From assembly GCA_026936335.1 (NCBI GenBank), contig JAPMXV010000034.1, forward strand, positions 62,001 through 126,000: 64,000 nt of DNA, written 5' to 3'. Of the stretch, positions 27,260 to 38,668 are shown one piece after another. Position 1 is the stretch's first letter. Each line of letters opens with the position of its first letter. The notes under the pieces were generated by a model, which was not told where the DNA came from, made no database searches, and saw only the letters and a list, made by a program, of their open reading frames with translations. The DNA comes from Mantamonas sphyraenae STR306 (taxonomy: Eukaryota; Protista; CRuMs). A program made the position numbers and the translations under genes.

Positions 27260-29760
27260 ATGAACCCGTCCTTTGACTACCAGCCGATCCAACCTTTATC
27301 AACGTTTCACGACGACGACTTGTGGGAACCCTTGCGCATGGTGGACTCACACAGCGTTGGTACACTCATCTCGTCCGGTGCAGAGAGCCCGCTGCTGAAC
27401 CAGGATGACCGTATCCACATCTTGCAGCGGTCGCCGTCGGTGCCTGTTGTATCGCAGCGGTCGCCGTACCGGATGGCAGGGATGCCTTGGCTAGACACCT
27501 CACCGCACTATAGCATTGAGTCCATTTCGCCGGGGGTCACACTGCTGGACACGTCCCGCGCTGGGGGGTTCGTTGATGTGCAGATGGTGCAGACTTCCAA
27601 TTTGCACCAGGTTCCCGGCGACGACAACACGAGACCGGAGGATTGGGCATCGACCACGCACCCAGCACAACTGCACGACATCACCCAGTTTTCCAACGGA
27701 GCATTTGGCCCTGTTCAGCCTGGACACTACCCATTTCCGCGCCCGGCAGCGCATCATCACGATGCTGTCCTGATGGAGGACATCTGGTCTCACGAGTCGC
27801 CTAGCCCCTTGGTGTCCTCGTCCACAAGCGCCGGAGCTCACACACGCACCAATCAGGGTGTGGAACGTAGGTTGTGGGCGTGAAAGAGAGTGCTGAACCC
27901 TTCCCTTGCGCTCTGTGCAAAGAGTTTCCCGATTCCTGACACAGTCTCCGGAAAAAATCGGCACGTGTTGCCGGATCCACCCAGGCTTGTTTGAAGGCCA
28001 AACACCCCCACGAGAGCGTGTGGAGGCGCAACAGATTCAGGACAGTGATTTGGTGGTCACTGGATGCACCCTGCACTTCCTCAACAACGGATCACCCATC
28101 AAACACAGCTTTCGGCTGGGTCCGAGCAAGTCTGCCGTGGAGAGGCAAATGCCCGCACGCCCTGTTCGTCGCACCTTGTTCCACGAAGACCATGTGCGTG
28201 CGTCCTCACACGAGATGGAATGGTCACGTGCGTGTGACAAGGTTGCACAACCGAGCGAGGTCGCTGTGACCGAGGAGGGCAACGAGGAGACGGATCTGCA
28301 GGGTCATGAGCCATGTGATGGAATGGCACAGGACGCCTACGGCCCTGGAGGGCAACGAAGCCGCATCAGTCCCCGCCAGAGTCCTTCGCGTCCAAAGTGT
28401 GCACCGAGCGAGACGCACACAGAGGCCGTAGATGAGGCACAGGAGCAGCAAGCCGAGAAACGGCAGCGAGTGCATCCGTCGCCCATCTCATCCGAGCATG
28501 CAGAGTCTCCACTGCGGGTCAGCGAGTCCAGTACAACGGGAGAAAGAGAAGAACACACGTTTGCGCAAGCCGGTGCGTCTGCCGTCAGTGTGTTGTCGAC
28601 CTCCACACTCAAGGTGGCGCGTGAAAAGATGCGGGGACAGACAAAAATGTCCTTTGCCGCAAGGTAGGTGCAGGAGCATGCATGCGTAGGGAGCTCAACG
28701 CAGAAGGGGAAAAGCGGGTCATCGATGTCAAAACCTCCAGTTTGCGTGCGAATGGACATTCGCGTGTGCTGGGAATGGCACCGGTTTTCTTTCTTGGCAT
28801 GGGGGGCACTATCGGCGAGTTTACGATGATCGATCATGCACTTGGGTATGACCTGGTGTGGCCATTCGAAACTGACACTGCAGGTGCGATGCATTAGGTT
28901 GCGGCTGCTTCTGGAGTCTGACTTCAGGGGAGCCAAGGTAGGTGGCATGCGAGGAGGGATGGAACATTTTGTGGCCAGGCCGCGAGAGTGGAGCGGTTGG
29001 GGGGAAGTGAAGCGCCTGGAGCATGCCGTGGGTAGGCAGGGCCGTGGAAACATGCGCCATGGGATGCCAGTGGGTGTAGGTACATGATGCGAGGCTGACA
29101 TGGATGTGGATGTGCGCATGCGGGCGTGCGATGAATCGGCATGTCGCAACAAAACAAACGGGGATGACTTGGTCGACCGCGGGGCAGTGGACACCCAACG
29201 GACTTGGCATCGTCATCCAAGAGCAGGCGGTGGCCCGTGCCATGTTGATGAAGACAGAGTCTCTTCGGTCGGATCTGCGCAAGCACGAGTTCAAGATGGT
29301 GTCCCAGCGAAAGCGGGTGCTGCTGGAGGACGCAGGTCGCGAAGGAGAAGGCGAGGCCGAAGCGTTGGAGCGTGCGCTTGCGCTTTCGCATCTGTGGGTT
29401 CACCCACTTTTTAGCAGGGAAGGCACCACCGACTTTCTGGTGATTCGTGTGCAGCAGAAGAAGCGGTTGATTGCCGAAGGCAACGCGTCTGCGGTGGTGA
29501 ATCTGACACGCGCGGATTACATGGGTTTGGAGGACAAGGATTACGACTTGGAACAGGACCGAGACTGGGTGAAGAACCATCTGAGTGTTGCACGCGTGAT
29601 CCCAGAAATCCATCGGGAGGGAGAACGCGAGCGCTTGATCCAGCGCAGGAAGAAGAAACAGGGCAAGGCGAACAAACGAGGGACGGACAGCAAGAACAAT
29701 GGCAAGTCCAAGGGCAAACACAAGTCGAAAGACCGGGGAAGAAAGAGGAAGCGGACGTAG
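27260..29760 (+). CDS. Protein with a long disordered N-terminus and a divergent C-terminal HSF-type DNA-binding domain
   Basis: Splicing 28663|28898-28937|29188 yields SFAARLRLLLESDFRGAKWTPNGLGIVIQE...SLRSDLRKHEFKMV...WVHPLFSREG; Lys-rich tail; 5' exon structure less certain. Confidence 0.6.
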
Positions 29761-29784
29761 GTGGCACCACCAGAACAAACTCCC

Positions 29785-31872
29785 ATGCGCATTCCTCTCC
29801 TGTGTGCCGCAACTCTGTTGCTGCTGGTGGCGATGGCTACTTTGTGTGAAGCGGGGGTGCCCGCCTCGCAACGTAAGTGTGTGTGTGTGTGTGTGTGTGC
29901 TTGTTAGAGACCGCACACTTTCCAATGTGATACAGCCGCGTTTGCAAGGCCACAATGGCCTGCACATGCCGTTCCACACATGCATTCACGATTCGTGGAT
30001 CGGCTGCAAGTGATTGTACAGCCACACTGACACATGCGTGCGGTCCCGTGTCGCAGGACAAGCGCTTGAGGACCTGTTCGATTCCAATGGCGGCAGCCAA
30101 TGGAACAAGCGCGCCGGGTGGAAGGTCAGCGGCGACGTGTGCTCGTGGTACGGCGTAGACTGTACAAACAACGTCACCGTAACCCAACTGTACGTGTTGT
30201 GTCGTCCACACCTCATTGATTGCGAGGCACGCCCAATGAGACGCACGGGCCCTCTGCCCAGCGCTTCTTCTGACAACACTCCACCCCCCCCTCCCGCACC
30301 GATGTGCTTCGCCCTGCCCCGCCCTCCTACTGCAGTGATTTGGACGGAAACAACCTGGTGGGCAAGTTCCCCACCAACTTATTGCAGCGACTGCCCGATT
30401 TGACGTCGCTTTCCCTCAGCTACAACAAGATGGATGGCGATCTGCCCGATGTGTTTGCCCACCAGAAACTGGCGACTCTGGTCCTCTCGTCCAACATGTT
30501 TACGGGTCTTGTGCCCAAGAGCCTGGGTTCTGCACCCCTGGAGATCGTCGACTTGAGGTGGGTGTCCTGTCTCGCCCGCCGCGGCGTTTGGGAAAGGCAT
30601 CAACCAGCAACCCTGCGAATACTCGCTCACACACACTCACACACATGCCTCGACCTGCAGCCTCAACCGCTTTGTTCTGCCCTTGCCTATCGAACTGACC
30701 AAGCTGAACAACACTCTGCTGAGCTTCTCGCTGGAGAGCAACGGCCTGGATGGCGCTCTGCAGTCGGAGATCCTCAAGACCTGGACAAAGGTGCAATCGC
30801 TGAGCTTTGCCAACAACGCCCTCGTGGGCACCATCGTGGGCATGAACGAACGCGACCAGCCGGGTGACCCTGATCTGTGGAAGTACCTGCCTGAGTTGAC
30901 TCACCTTAGCCTGAACAACAACAAGTTCAGCGGCGGTCTGTCGGCCCTCAACGTCCAGGAGAACAACCTGATCTTCCTCAGTCTGAGCTACAACCCTTTC
31001 CAGAGCGCTGAACTGGACGAAGTGACATGGAGCAAGTTCACCAATCTGCGTACGCTGTTCTTGGAGAACTGCAATCTGTTTGGCAAGTACCCCAACTCGC
31101 TGAGCACCCTCACCGGCCTGAAGAACCTGCGATTGAACAAGTGAGTGACCTGGCGTGGTGTGTGCGATTTACTCAGTGGGAACGAGAGACGGGCTGACAC
31201 GGACACAACACATGGACACGGTGCACGCGCAGCAACGGTATCACGGGACCGCTTCCTGCCGACCTGATCCAGCAGGCGCAAAACAACCCACTGAGCGAGT
31301 TGCATTTGGCAAACAACTTTCTTTCGGGCCCCATCGACCCGACAATGGTGGGGGCGGTGACGCGCGAGGTGGATCTTCACAACAACTCGTTTGCCTGCCC
31401 CATGCCCAAGGTGACGCCCAAGAGCAAGTTTACACGTGTAAACCTTGGAGACTGCAAGTGTGCACTGGGTCAGCAGGGAAACAACACCAACAAGTGTGAG
31501 GCATGTCCACTGGGCACGTACGGAAACCAAACGGGTGGACCGGCAGGTGTGGGTGGTGGCATGTGCGCTGCCTGCAGTGCAAACACATATTCCAGCGTCA
31601 ATGGAGCCACCGAGTGCGTGGCCTGCCCTGCATTGCACTCCTCGGAGCCCGGTGCGGCTGTGTGTCAGGGAGGCCCGCTCGCCGGGGTGGTCATTGGTTC
31701 GTTGGCCGGCATTGGCGCCATCGCTGGTGCCATGTTTGTGCGTGACAAGAGCAAGAAGCGCATGCTGGAGGCCAACCGAGTGATGAAGCAGGGTTTGCTG
31801 GACGACATGCGGCACGACAACGAGGAGTTGATGTCAGAACCGAGCAGTGGTGACCACGATGAGCGAGTGTGA
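29785..31872 (+). CDS. Single-pass LRR receptor-like surface protein with Cys-rich (ephrin/TNFR-like) repeats
   Basis: Signal peptide, LRR N-cap (CSWYGVDC), LxLxxNxLxGxxP repeats, CEACPLGTY/C..CSANTYS, a TM helix and a short acidic tail; about 4 introns. Confidence 0.85.
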
Positions 31873-31944
31873 ACACGCCCAGACAGATACAGATAGATGA
31901 TAGAACGTACGTACGTACATAAAGTGTTCCAGGTTCATGCATGC

Positions 31945-34242
31945 TCACTTGGCCCAGGAAGGCTTGGTGCCTCCGTTTGCGTCCTTGGCCAGATTGATGG
32001 GCGTCTTCTTGCCCTTGCCCTTGAGTTTGATGTCTGCGCCGTGGGCAATGAGCAGCTCACAGATCTCGTTGTGATTTTGGGAGGCTGCGTAGTGGAGGGC
32101 AGAGTCACCCTCGTCGGTGAGGAGGGCCACTGAAGCGTTGTGCTCCAACAACATGCGCGCTATTTGCAGGTGGCCGGCCAGAGAGGCAATGTGCAGGGGG
32201 GTGAGACCGACTGTGCTCTGCAGGTTGACCAGAGCCGAGCCTTCGCGTTCGAGGAGCAGAGAGACGACGTTGACGAGGCCAGCGTCACAAGCCACGTGCA
32301 ACAGGGTGAATCCTTCCACGTTGGCTGCGCTGACGTCTGCACCCGAGGTGACGGCTGAACACACGAGGCGTTCACTCACGTCTGGAGATTGACACATGTA
32401 CATGAGAGGGGTGCACTGTTCCGAATCGGTGGCCTCCAGAATGGAGGCGAGTTTGTGGTCCAGCACGTGCTGGATCATCAGCGTCATCATAATGGAGCTG
32501 CCCAACCGCGCTGCTGTATGCAACACATTCTCCTGGGCTTTGTTGACTCGGGAAATGTCCACGGGGGCGTCCTGGAGCAGATAGTCGCAGATGGGCACTT
32601 CCTGCTGCTCACAGGCAGCCTGCAGTGGGGTGGATCCATCCTCCTGCTGCACATTGCAGTCTGCACCTGCGGTGACGAGGATGCGCACCACATCCAAGTC
32701 TCCCTCCTTGCAGGCGAGCATGAGGGGAGTCTCTCCCGTGCTTGTTTGGGCGTTGAGGTCTGCGCCACTCTCCAGGAGGATGGGTAGCACAGTGTCATTG
32801 CCCGAGTGGATGGCCCTGTGGAGAGGAGTCCAGCCAAACGAGTCTCCGGCACTGACGTCGGCGCCACTCTGGATGAGGAGGGTGGAGATGGGGTCCAGAT
32901 CTGGGTTTTCGGCACTCAGATGTAGGGCTGTGTTGCCCGAGGCACTGGATTTGTAGTTTACGTCGCCATGGGCGGCAATGATGGCTTGGATGATGGGGAT
33001 GTGGTTGCCCAGCACAGCCAGGGACAGGGGCCACTCGCCCTTGCCGTCTTCCAGGTTGAGGTCGGCATACTTGTCGATGAGCATGATGGCCAGCTGGACA
33101 TGATTGTTGCTGATGGCCAGATGCAACGCACTCTTCTGCTCTTTGTTCTTCCAATCCATGTTTGCGTTGAAGTCCACCAGCAGCTCTGCAGCCTCCAGGT
33201 GGCCTTTGGCTGCGGCAAGGAGGAGCGGCGTGTTGTTTTCTTCGGTCTTCACCTCTGTATCAGCGTTGTTCTCCAGCAACACGCGCAGGAGATCCACGTG
33301 CGGGTGGTCTGCGGCCTCGTGGATGACATACCAGGGAGGTTCGCCCTCTCCCGGCCGTTTGGTGTCCGGATTAACCCCCTCGTACTCCAGCAGCTCACGG
33401 ACAAACTCGGCGTCGCCCTGTTGGGAGAGCGAGTCGGGATGGTGCAAGGGTGCGTCACAGTGACCATGGGCCACAGTAACCGTTGTGGGTGGACAGAAGT
33501 GTGAGTGGACGAGGGCCAATGGCAAAGGCGGGGCCGTGGAAGGGTCGGGGCTGGGAAGAGGGCCTTGAGGCCACAACCTGCCTTTTCTACAGGTGGCCAC
33601 ATGTTGTGCAGTTGGAAGAAGAAAATGAATTCTTGATCGCTGATGAGGTCGTTGTGGTCTGAGGAGCTTGCATACTCTGCCAGTTCGGAGAGGATGGTGT
33701 CAAGCTTGCTGATTCGGTTGTCGACGACTTTGGTGGAGAGTTTGGACAGGCCCAGGGTCTTGGGCGGAAACTTGGACAGCTTGTACTGCTTGCCAAGGAC
33801 AGCTTTGATCTGTGACGGGCCATGTTGGTGTGGGTGTGGGCGTGTGAGACCAGCGCATGCGTGTGCGAGGGAGGAGGCTGTGTGGTTTCACCAGCCCAGG
33901 CCGCAGCGTACGTGTTCATAAAAGCGCAGAAAGGTCGAGTATCGACGTTCGATACGCCAGTTGTAGTCCCCCCGCCGGACGTCGACTATGTACACCTGTT
34001 CAGGGGCGAGAGAGTGTGAGGGAGGGCGTGTGGTGTGTGAGCGAAACACACGGAAAACGACGAGGAGGATGGGCCACAAACGGTGACGTTGGCCTTACGG
34101 TAAACTGCTTGCCCGTGACGTCCTGGCGTAGCTCAGTCGCTGAAATAAATGCACTCATTTTCAATGTGCGTGCCACGCGCGAGCGCCGTTTGCTGGATGC
34201 GGCACTGGAGAAGCTTGCAGGCCCGCCGTCGCTTGTGCTCAT
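31945..34242 (-). CDS. PX domain plus ankyrin-repeat protein
   Basis: FT|VYIVDV...W.IERRYSTF...KFPPK is a PX domain, followed by about 13 ankyrin repeats (TPLHxA). Confidence 0.88.
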
Positions 34243-34353
34243 CGGGCAGGTGGAGGGGATTCGTTGGCGGTGCTTGTGTGGTTGCAATTGACCCAAGACC
34301 ACAACAACAGGCAGGCACACCACCATCACCACCACCACCACCAACAACGCCAT

Positions 34354-35332
34354 TCACATGCTGGCATTCATTTCCTCCACATCGAGCACAATCTTGCCTC
34401 GCTTCTTGGCAACCTCCTGCGGGTCCTGCAGCTGCTCGAGGGCGGCAAAGACAGCACGAATCATGTTGGGCTTGTTGCGCGAGCCAATGACCTTTGTGAC
34501 ACAGTCCTCAATGCCAAAGGCACGCAGAATGCGCATGACCTGCTGGTTGGCCGTGTAGCCCGTGTCCAGTGGAGACCGGCGCATGATGACCTTGGTTGCG
34601 CAGAACTTGGCCTCCACGTCGTGGCAGATGGTTTTGCCCTTGTGCAGGGGCACCTGGATCAGGTTGCGATGTGCCTCTGCAGCCGCTTTGGATGTGGCTG
34701 TGCCGATTTCGCCTCCCTTGGCAAAGCCGAAGCCTCCCGTGCCCTTGCCGTTGCCCACCACCACAATCGCGTTGTACGAATACACTTTACCATACTTGGT
34801 GACCTTGCTCACGCGGCCCACGTGGACCACATCCTCCACAAAGTCGTTCTGCGTGAACACAGGTGTGAGTGCTCTCGTGTGGGTCCAAAGCGGGGCCTAC
34901 AACCCTTCCGGGATGGCGGCCGCATGCCGCTCCCGCTCAGAGGCCCTGTGGCCAGAGCGTGCATAGCACAGCAGAGGCGTGCACACTTGCAAAGCCCCGT
35001 TGACGCGTCACACTGGCCATGGACAGGCTCTCCTGGTCGTTCTGCTCATGGCTTACCTTGTCATGCCTCAATGTGGTGGCGAGCAGGTCGTCGGTGATTT
35101 CCGGAAAGTACAGCCTGCGCTCAGCAGCAGGATCGTGTGCCGACGCCGTGGTCTTGCGCAGACCAGGTTCATGGCCAGGCAGCCAAGAGTACTCTCGCTG
35201 CTGCATGTTCTGTGCCTCATTGGTCCCCAGGACGACCAACGACGGCCGTTGCCAACTGCGCTCCACAAGTCGACTGCTCCCAGCCTCCATGACCGTGCGT
35301 ACCCTGTGTGCTGATGTGCGACGTGCAAACAT
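34354..35332 (-). CDS. MRPS5: Mitochondrial ribosomal protein uS5m
   Basis: RVSKVTKYGK...AIVVVGNGKG..GFG.AK and GI.D...KVIGSRNK.N.IRA motifs; Arg-rich N-terminal presequence; one intron ending at ~34897. Confidence 0.88.
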
Positions 35333-35625
35333 ATGTGCCTGATATTATGTGTGGTGTGTGTGTGTGTGTGTGTGGGTTGATGTGTGGCTGTTTGTGGCTG
35401 GATGCACTCGCGCGCTCGCACGCAAGAAAATGAGCACTGGTTGAGGCCTTTGTTTCTGTCGTCACATCTTCTCTCTGCCGGTGGTGAATAGGGTTGGGCA
35501 CACCCTTTTGCCCTGTTTGTTTGCAGCGCCAGTCCTTCCCTTTGCACCAGGTGAGTGTCACGCGTCGACATGCGCTTTTCCCCTCCTGCCCCTCCTCCGA
35601 ACACGGCTCCTGTCCGGACGCGTGC

Positions 35626-35748
35626 GCGTGCATAGGATGATCATCTGCAATAACGGACTAGAGTTTCTGAACGAGAAGTCAAGCGCTCGTTGTTGATGAG
35701 AAATGTTGCATTTCTGCCCCACAAAACGTGGGTGTAACTGATGCACGC
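35626..35748 (+). ncRNA. Box C/D snoRNA, predicted guide for LSU rRNA Um2421 (yeast numbering), snR78/U52-like
   Basis: Terminal stem GCGTGCA/TGCACGC; C box AGGATGA 35634; D' CTGA 35667; C' TTGATGA 35693; D CTGA 35738. The D' guide CGGACTAGAGTT is complementary to the conserved LSU sequence GACUCUAGUC(CG). Confidence 0.85.
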
Positions 35749-36056
35749 TTCGCGCCCGGACCCGCTCGCGTCTCGTTTCCGCGCAACGCGCTTTCCTGCC
35801 CTGTTTACCCATCCCTCTTGTACTCACGCCATGCATGCCCGCTTGCTCTCATGCACACCTGCCCTGCGACTCATGCCAGGCGATGCTGAGTGCACTCCAA
35901 GTCCGCAGCGAACTGCGCAAAAAACTCCACACAAAGGTATGTGCTGCCCTCTGGCGAAGTTTTGGACCCCGTCCTCCGTCCTGTGCCCGTCCTCCCTTCC
36001 CCCTCCCCCGTCTGCCAACTTCCCGCCGCCACTGCACGGGCACGCCCCCACGCTAC

Positions 36057-36157
36057 GATCAATGATGATTCGAATTACCGGATGAGGCGCACAACTTTAC
36101 TGCAGTGCGCTGAATGATTCCAATCTTCGAGGCTGCAACTTTGTTGTGTCTGAGATC
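36057..36157 (+). ncRNA. Box C/D snoRNA, predicted guide for SSU rRNA Um578 (yeast)/Um627 (human), snR77/SNORD65-like
   Basis: GATC/GATC terminal stem; C box ATGATGA 36062; guide GAATTACCG complementary to 18S CGGUAAUUC; D' ATGA 36082; internal stem GCGCAC/GTGCGC; C'-like TGAATGA; D CTGA 36150. Confidence 0.88.
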
Positions 36158-36291
36158 TTGGGCCACCTTCCTTGGCAGCTGGCCTATCTTTTGTCCCTTT
36201 TGGCCGTTTCATGCGTTTACGCATGTGTGCAACGTGTCTTCACTCATTTGTCGTGTTGTCTCACTCCGTTTTTCATTTTCTCTGCGCCTGC

Positions 36292-36879
36292 TCACAGACG
36301 CACAATGTCCACACGTGTGCGAGTGTGCACTTCGTGCTCCTTTTCAACCTTTTCCATCTGTTCGACGTCCAGCTGCTTGCCGTCGAGGATCTGGTCCAGG
36401 CTCAGCGTGTGCACAGTCACCTTGGCCAACGTGCCAGCGGCCTTGCTCTTTGCCAGACGGCCTGGGTTGATCAACAGCACACCGTGGAACTCTTTCACGA
36501 AAAAGTTGAATGAACTGGGCACCACCAAAATGTCTGGCGTCACATTCATCTCCAGCGCCTGCAGTTGTGCGTAATCCAGAGGGAGAGCCTCGCCATGCGG
36601 AAACACGGGGTAGAACGTGTGTTGTTCCACCAGGTGGTTGGCCAACCTTCCCATGCGGTCCTTGCGTCCTCGCGAAATCTCGCCAGCAGACATGTCCAGC
36701 AGCACGTCCTCCGATGTCACACCAATCACAGTGTCGTTCACCTGGATCACACACGGGTTCGATGTGCACATCATTGTCACCTCCTTGTCCGTGTTCACGC
36801 CATTGTCCAGCGTCGTCGGCGCATACTCCGTCTCCATACCGTCCACGCTGATCTTGATGGTCGTGTCACTTGTCATCGA

Positions 36880-36914
<35 letters not shown>

Positions 36915-38629
36915 CTGTTGCCTCGTACAAACTCACACGCTTCTCTGGAAAAGCCCCCACGCGGCTGATGATGTTGTTCTTGCGAGGCAGCGGCGGCTGC
37001 GGATAAACGCACTCGGCGACCGCATCGTTCACAGAAGGCACCAGCACCACCTGAGTCTGCGCTCCCACCAGCTTTTCCAACTCGTCTGCAATCCTGGCGT
37101 CAAACAGCTCTTCCACAGTCATCGGCTCGCCCACACGTCCTCCCGAGCTTGATGCAGAGCCTTCTTCCGTGCTGCTGCTTCCGCTGCTGCTGCTGCTCGA
37201 CCCACTCAAGCAGCTGTGGCCTTCCTGCACAAACGGACCAATCAACAACAGAACATCCGGTTTCTCCTCCTGCGCAATCTCCACCAGGGCCTCAAAAGCC
37301 TTAAAGTCCAGGTTGTTGGAGAACGTGAAAGGCCCGCACGCCACAAACAGGCTCATGGGTGCCTTCTGTTGGCCCTGGTCGTCCAGATTGTGATCAAAAA
37401 GCTGGCCGAGTCGTGTGCGTGCCTTTGATCGTCGTGCACCCTCGTGCACTTTGGTCACCGTCAAGCGGTTGCCCTCCAGATCCTCCGCGTCCATCAGGCC
37501 CTCCACCACAACCACCTGGCCAGGAAACAGGGAGAAATCCTGTAGCGAGCTGAGGTCCAGCTCGATCCAGTTGCCATTGAGTCCCTCCAGCATCACGTTG
37601 TCGTTGTTCAGCCGGCCCTCGCCCGCTCGACACACGCGGCCGCCCACAAGGATCTCGCCCGCCCGACACACTCCTGCGTCGACCAGCGGCTTGTCATCCA
37701 GCTCATCCCCTGCAGCTGCAATGATTTCCTCGATACTGCGCTCCATGTGGTCATACAGGGCCGAGGCAATCGACTGGTTGTTCTGCAGCATGTACCTGTA
37801 CGGTCGCTGCAGATTCGATGCTCCCTGGTACTCGGTCACATGCACGTCTGCGCGTGCGTTGCCAGTGCGTGTCTTGAGCTGTCCGCCATACGTGTGCACC
37901 ACCTTGTTCTTCGTCTTGCGGTTCGCAAACTCTCGGTTGGTCGTGTCCGGTGTCCACGCCGGTGTCTGGGCATCTTCCACACGCGAGCGCTTTGGTGACA
38001 TCGTCGTCTTGTCCGGCGACTGGCGCTTGCGTGAGCCTTCGAACCTGAGGTGTTGGCGCGTGTATGCGCGCGTGTGTCGCCGTGTCAGCGCTTCCCGCCA
38101 AAAATTATCAACTCGCGCGCTTTTCCCGCGCGTTTTCTCTTTGCGCCGCTGTCAGCTCCACAGAGACACTTACATGTCCGCAGTCACGTTTGCTGACGCC
38201 TGGTAGGTGCGGTTCTGCACTCCACTCTGCTTCTGGAACTGCTTGGGCCTGTTCTTGCCCGCATTGCGCGCCATCTTGTGCTTCTGCTTGAGCTGCTTCT
38301 GCTTCAAATGCCGCTGGAACGTCTTCAGCGAGTCCAGCTGCGGCGCATCCAAGTTCTTGTTCACTGCAAACGCCTCCCACTGGGTGGCAAAGTCTGTGGC
38401 CGTCAGCCCAAACGTGGCGCAGATGGTGAGACCTGTGGGGGCGGGCGGGAAAGTGTGTCAGGCAACTTTGGGCTGATCAGGCCATTCGCTTCGACGTCCC
38501 ACGAGACACACACACACACGCAGTCAGAAGAAGCTGCTACAAACACGTACATTCACGCTCCACCTGTTCATTCGCCAACGTGTGGTTGAAGCGAGTAAAC
38601 TCCTCTTTGATTTGTGTCAATGTCGCCAT
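36292..38629 (-). CDS. POLA2: DNA polymerase alpha subunit B
   Basis: N-terminal (C.TFGL...F.TQWEAF), FSLFPGQVVVVEG, ACGPFT, PDVLLLIGPFV, PDILVVPS and INPGRL motifs; 2 introns at the 5' end. Confidence 0.95.
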
Positions 38630-38668
38630 CCAGGCTGTTCGGTTCAAGTTGGGCATCGCTGCGCATTC

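Larger units (their letters stand above)
35527..36297 (+). other. Putative spliced non-coding snoRNA host transcript
   Basis: Acceptor TTGCAG 35526, donor AG|GTGAGT 35551, acceptor CAG 35879, donor AG|GTATGT 35937 and acceptor CAG 36297; each intron contains one snoRNA; no recognisable ORF. Confidence 0.65.

Noticed and set aside
35634-35680. Superficial resemblance to the U3 snoRNA 5' region
   Set aside because: There is no U3 box A/B architecture, and the sequence is fully explained as a methylation-guide C/D snoRNA.
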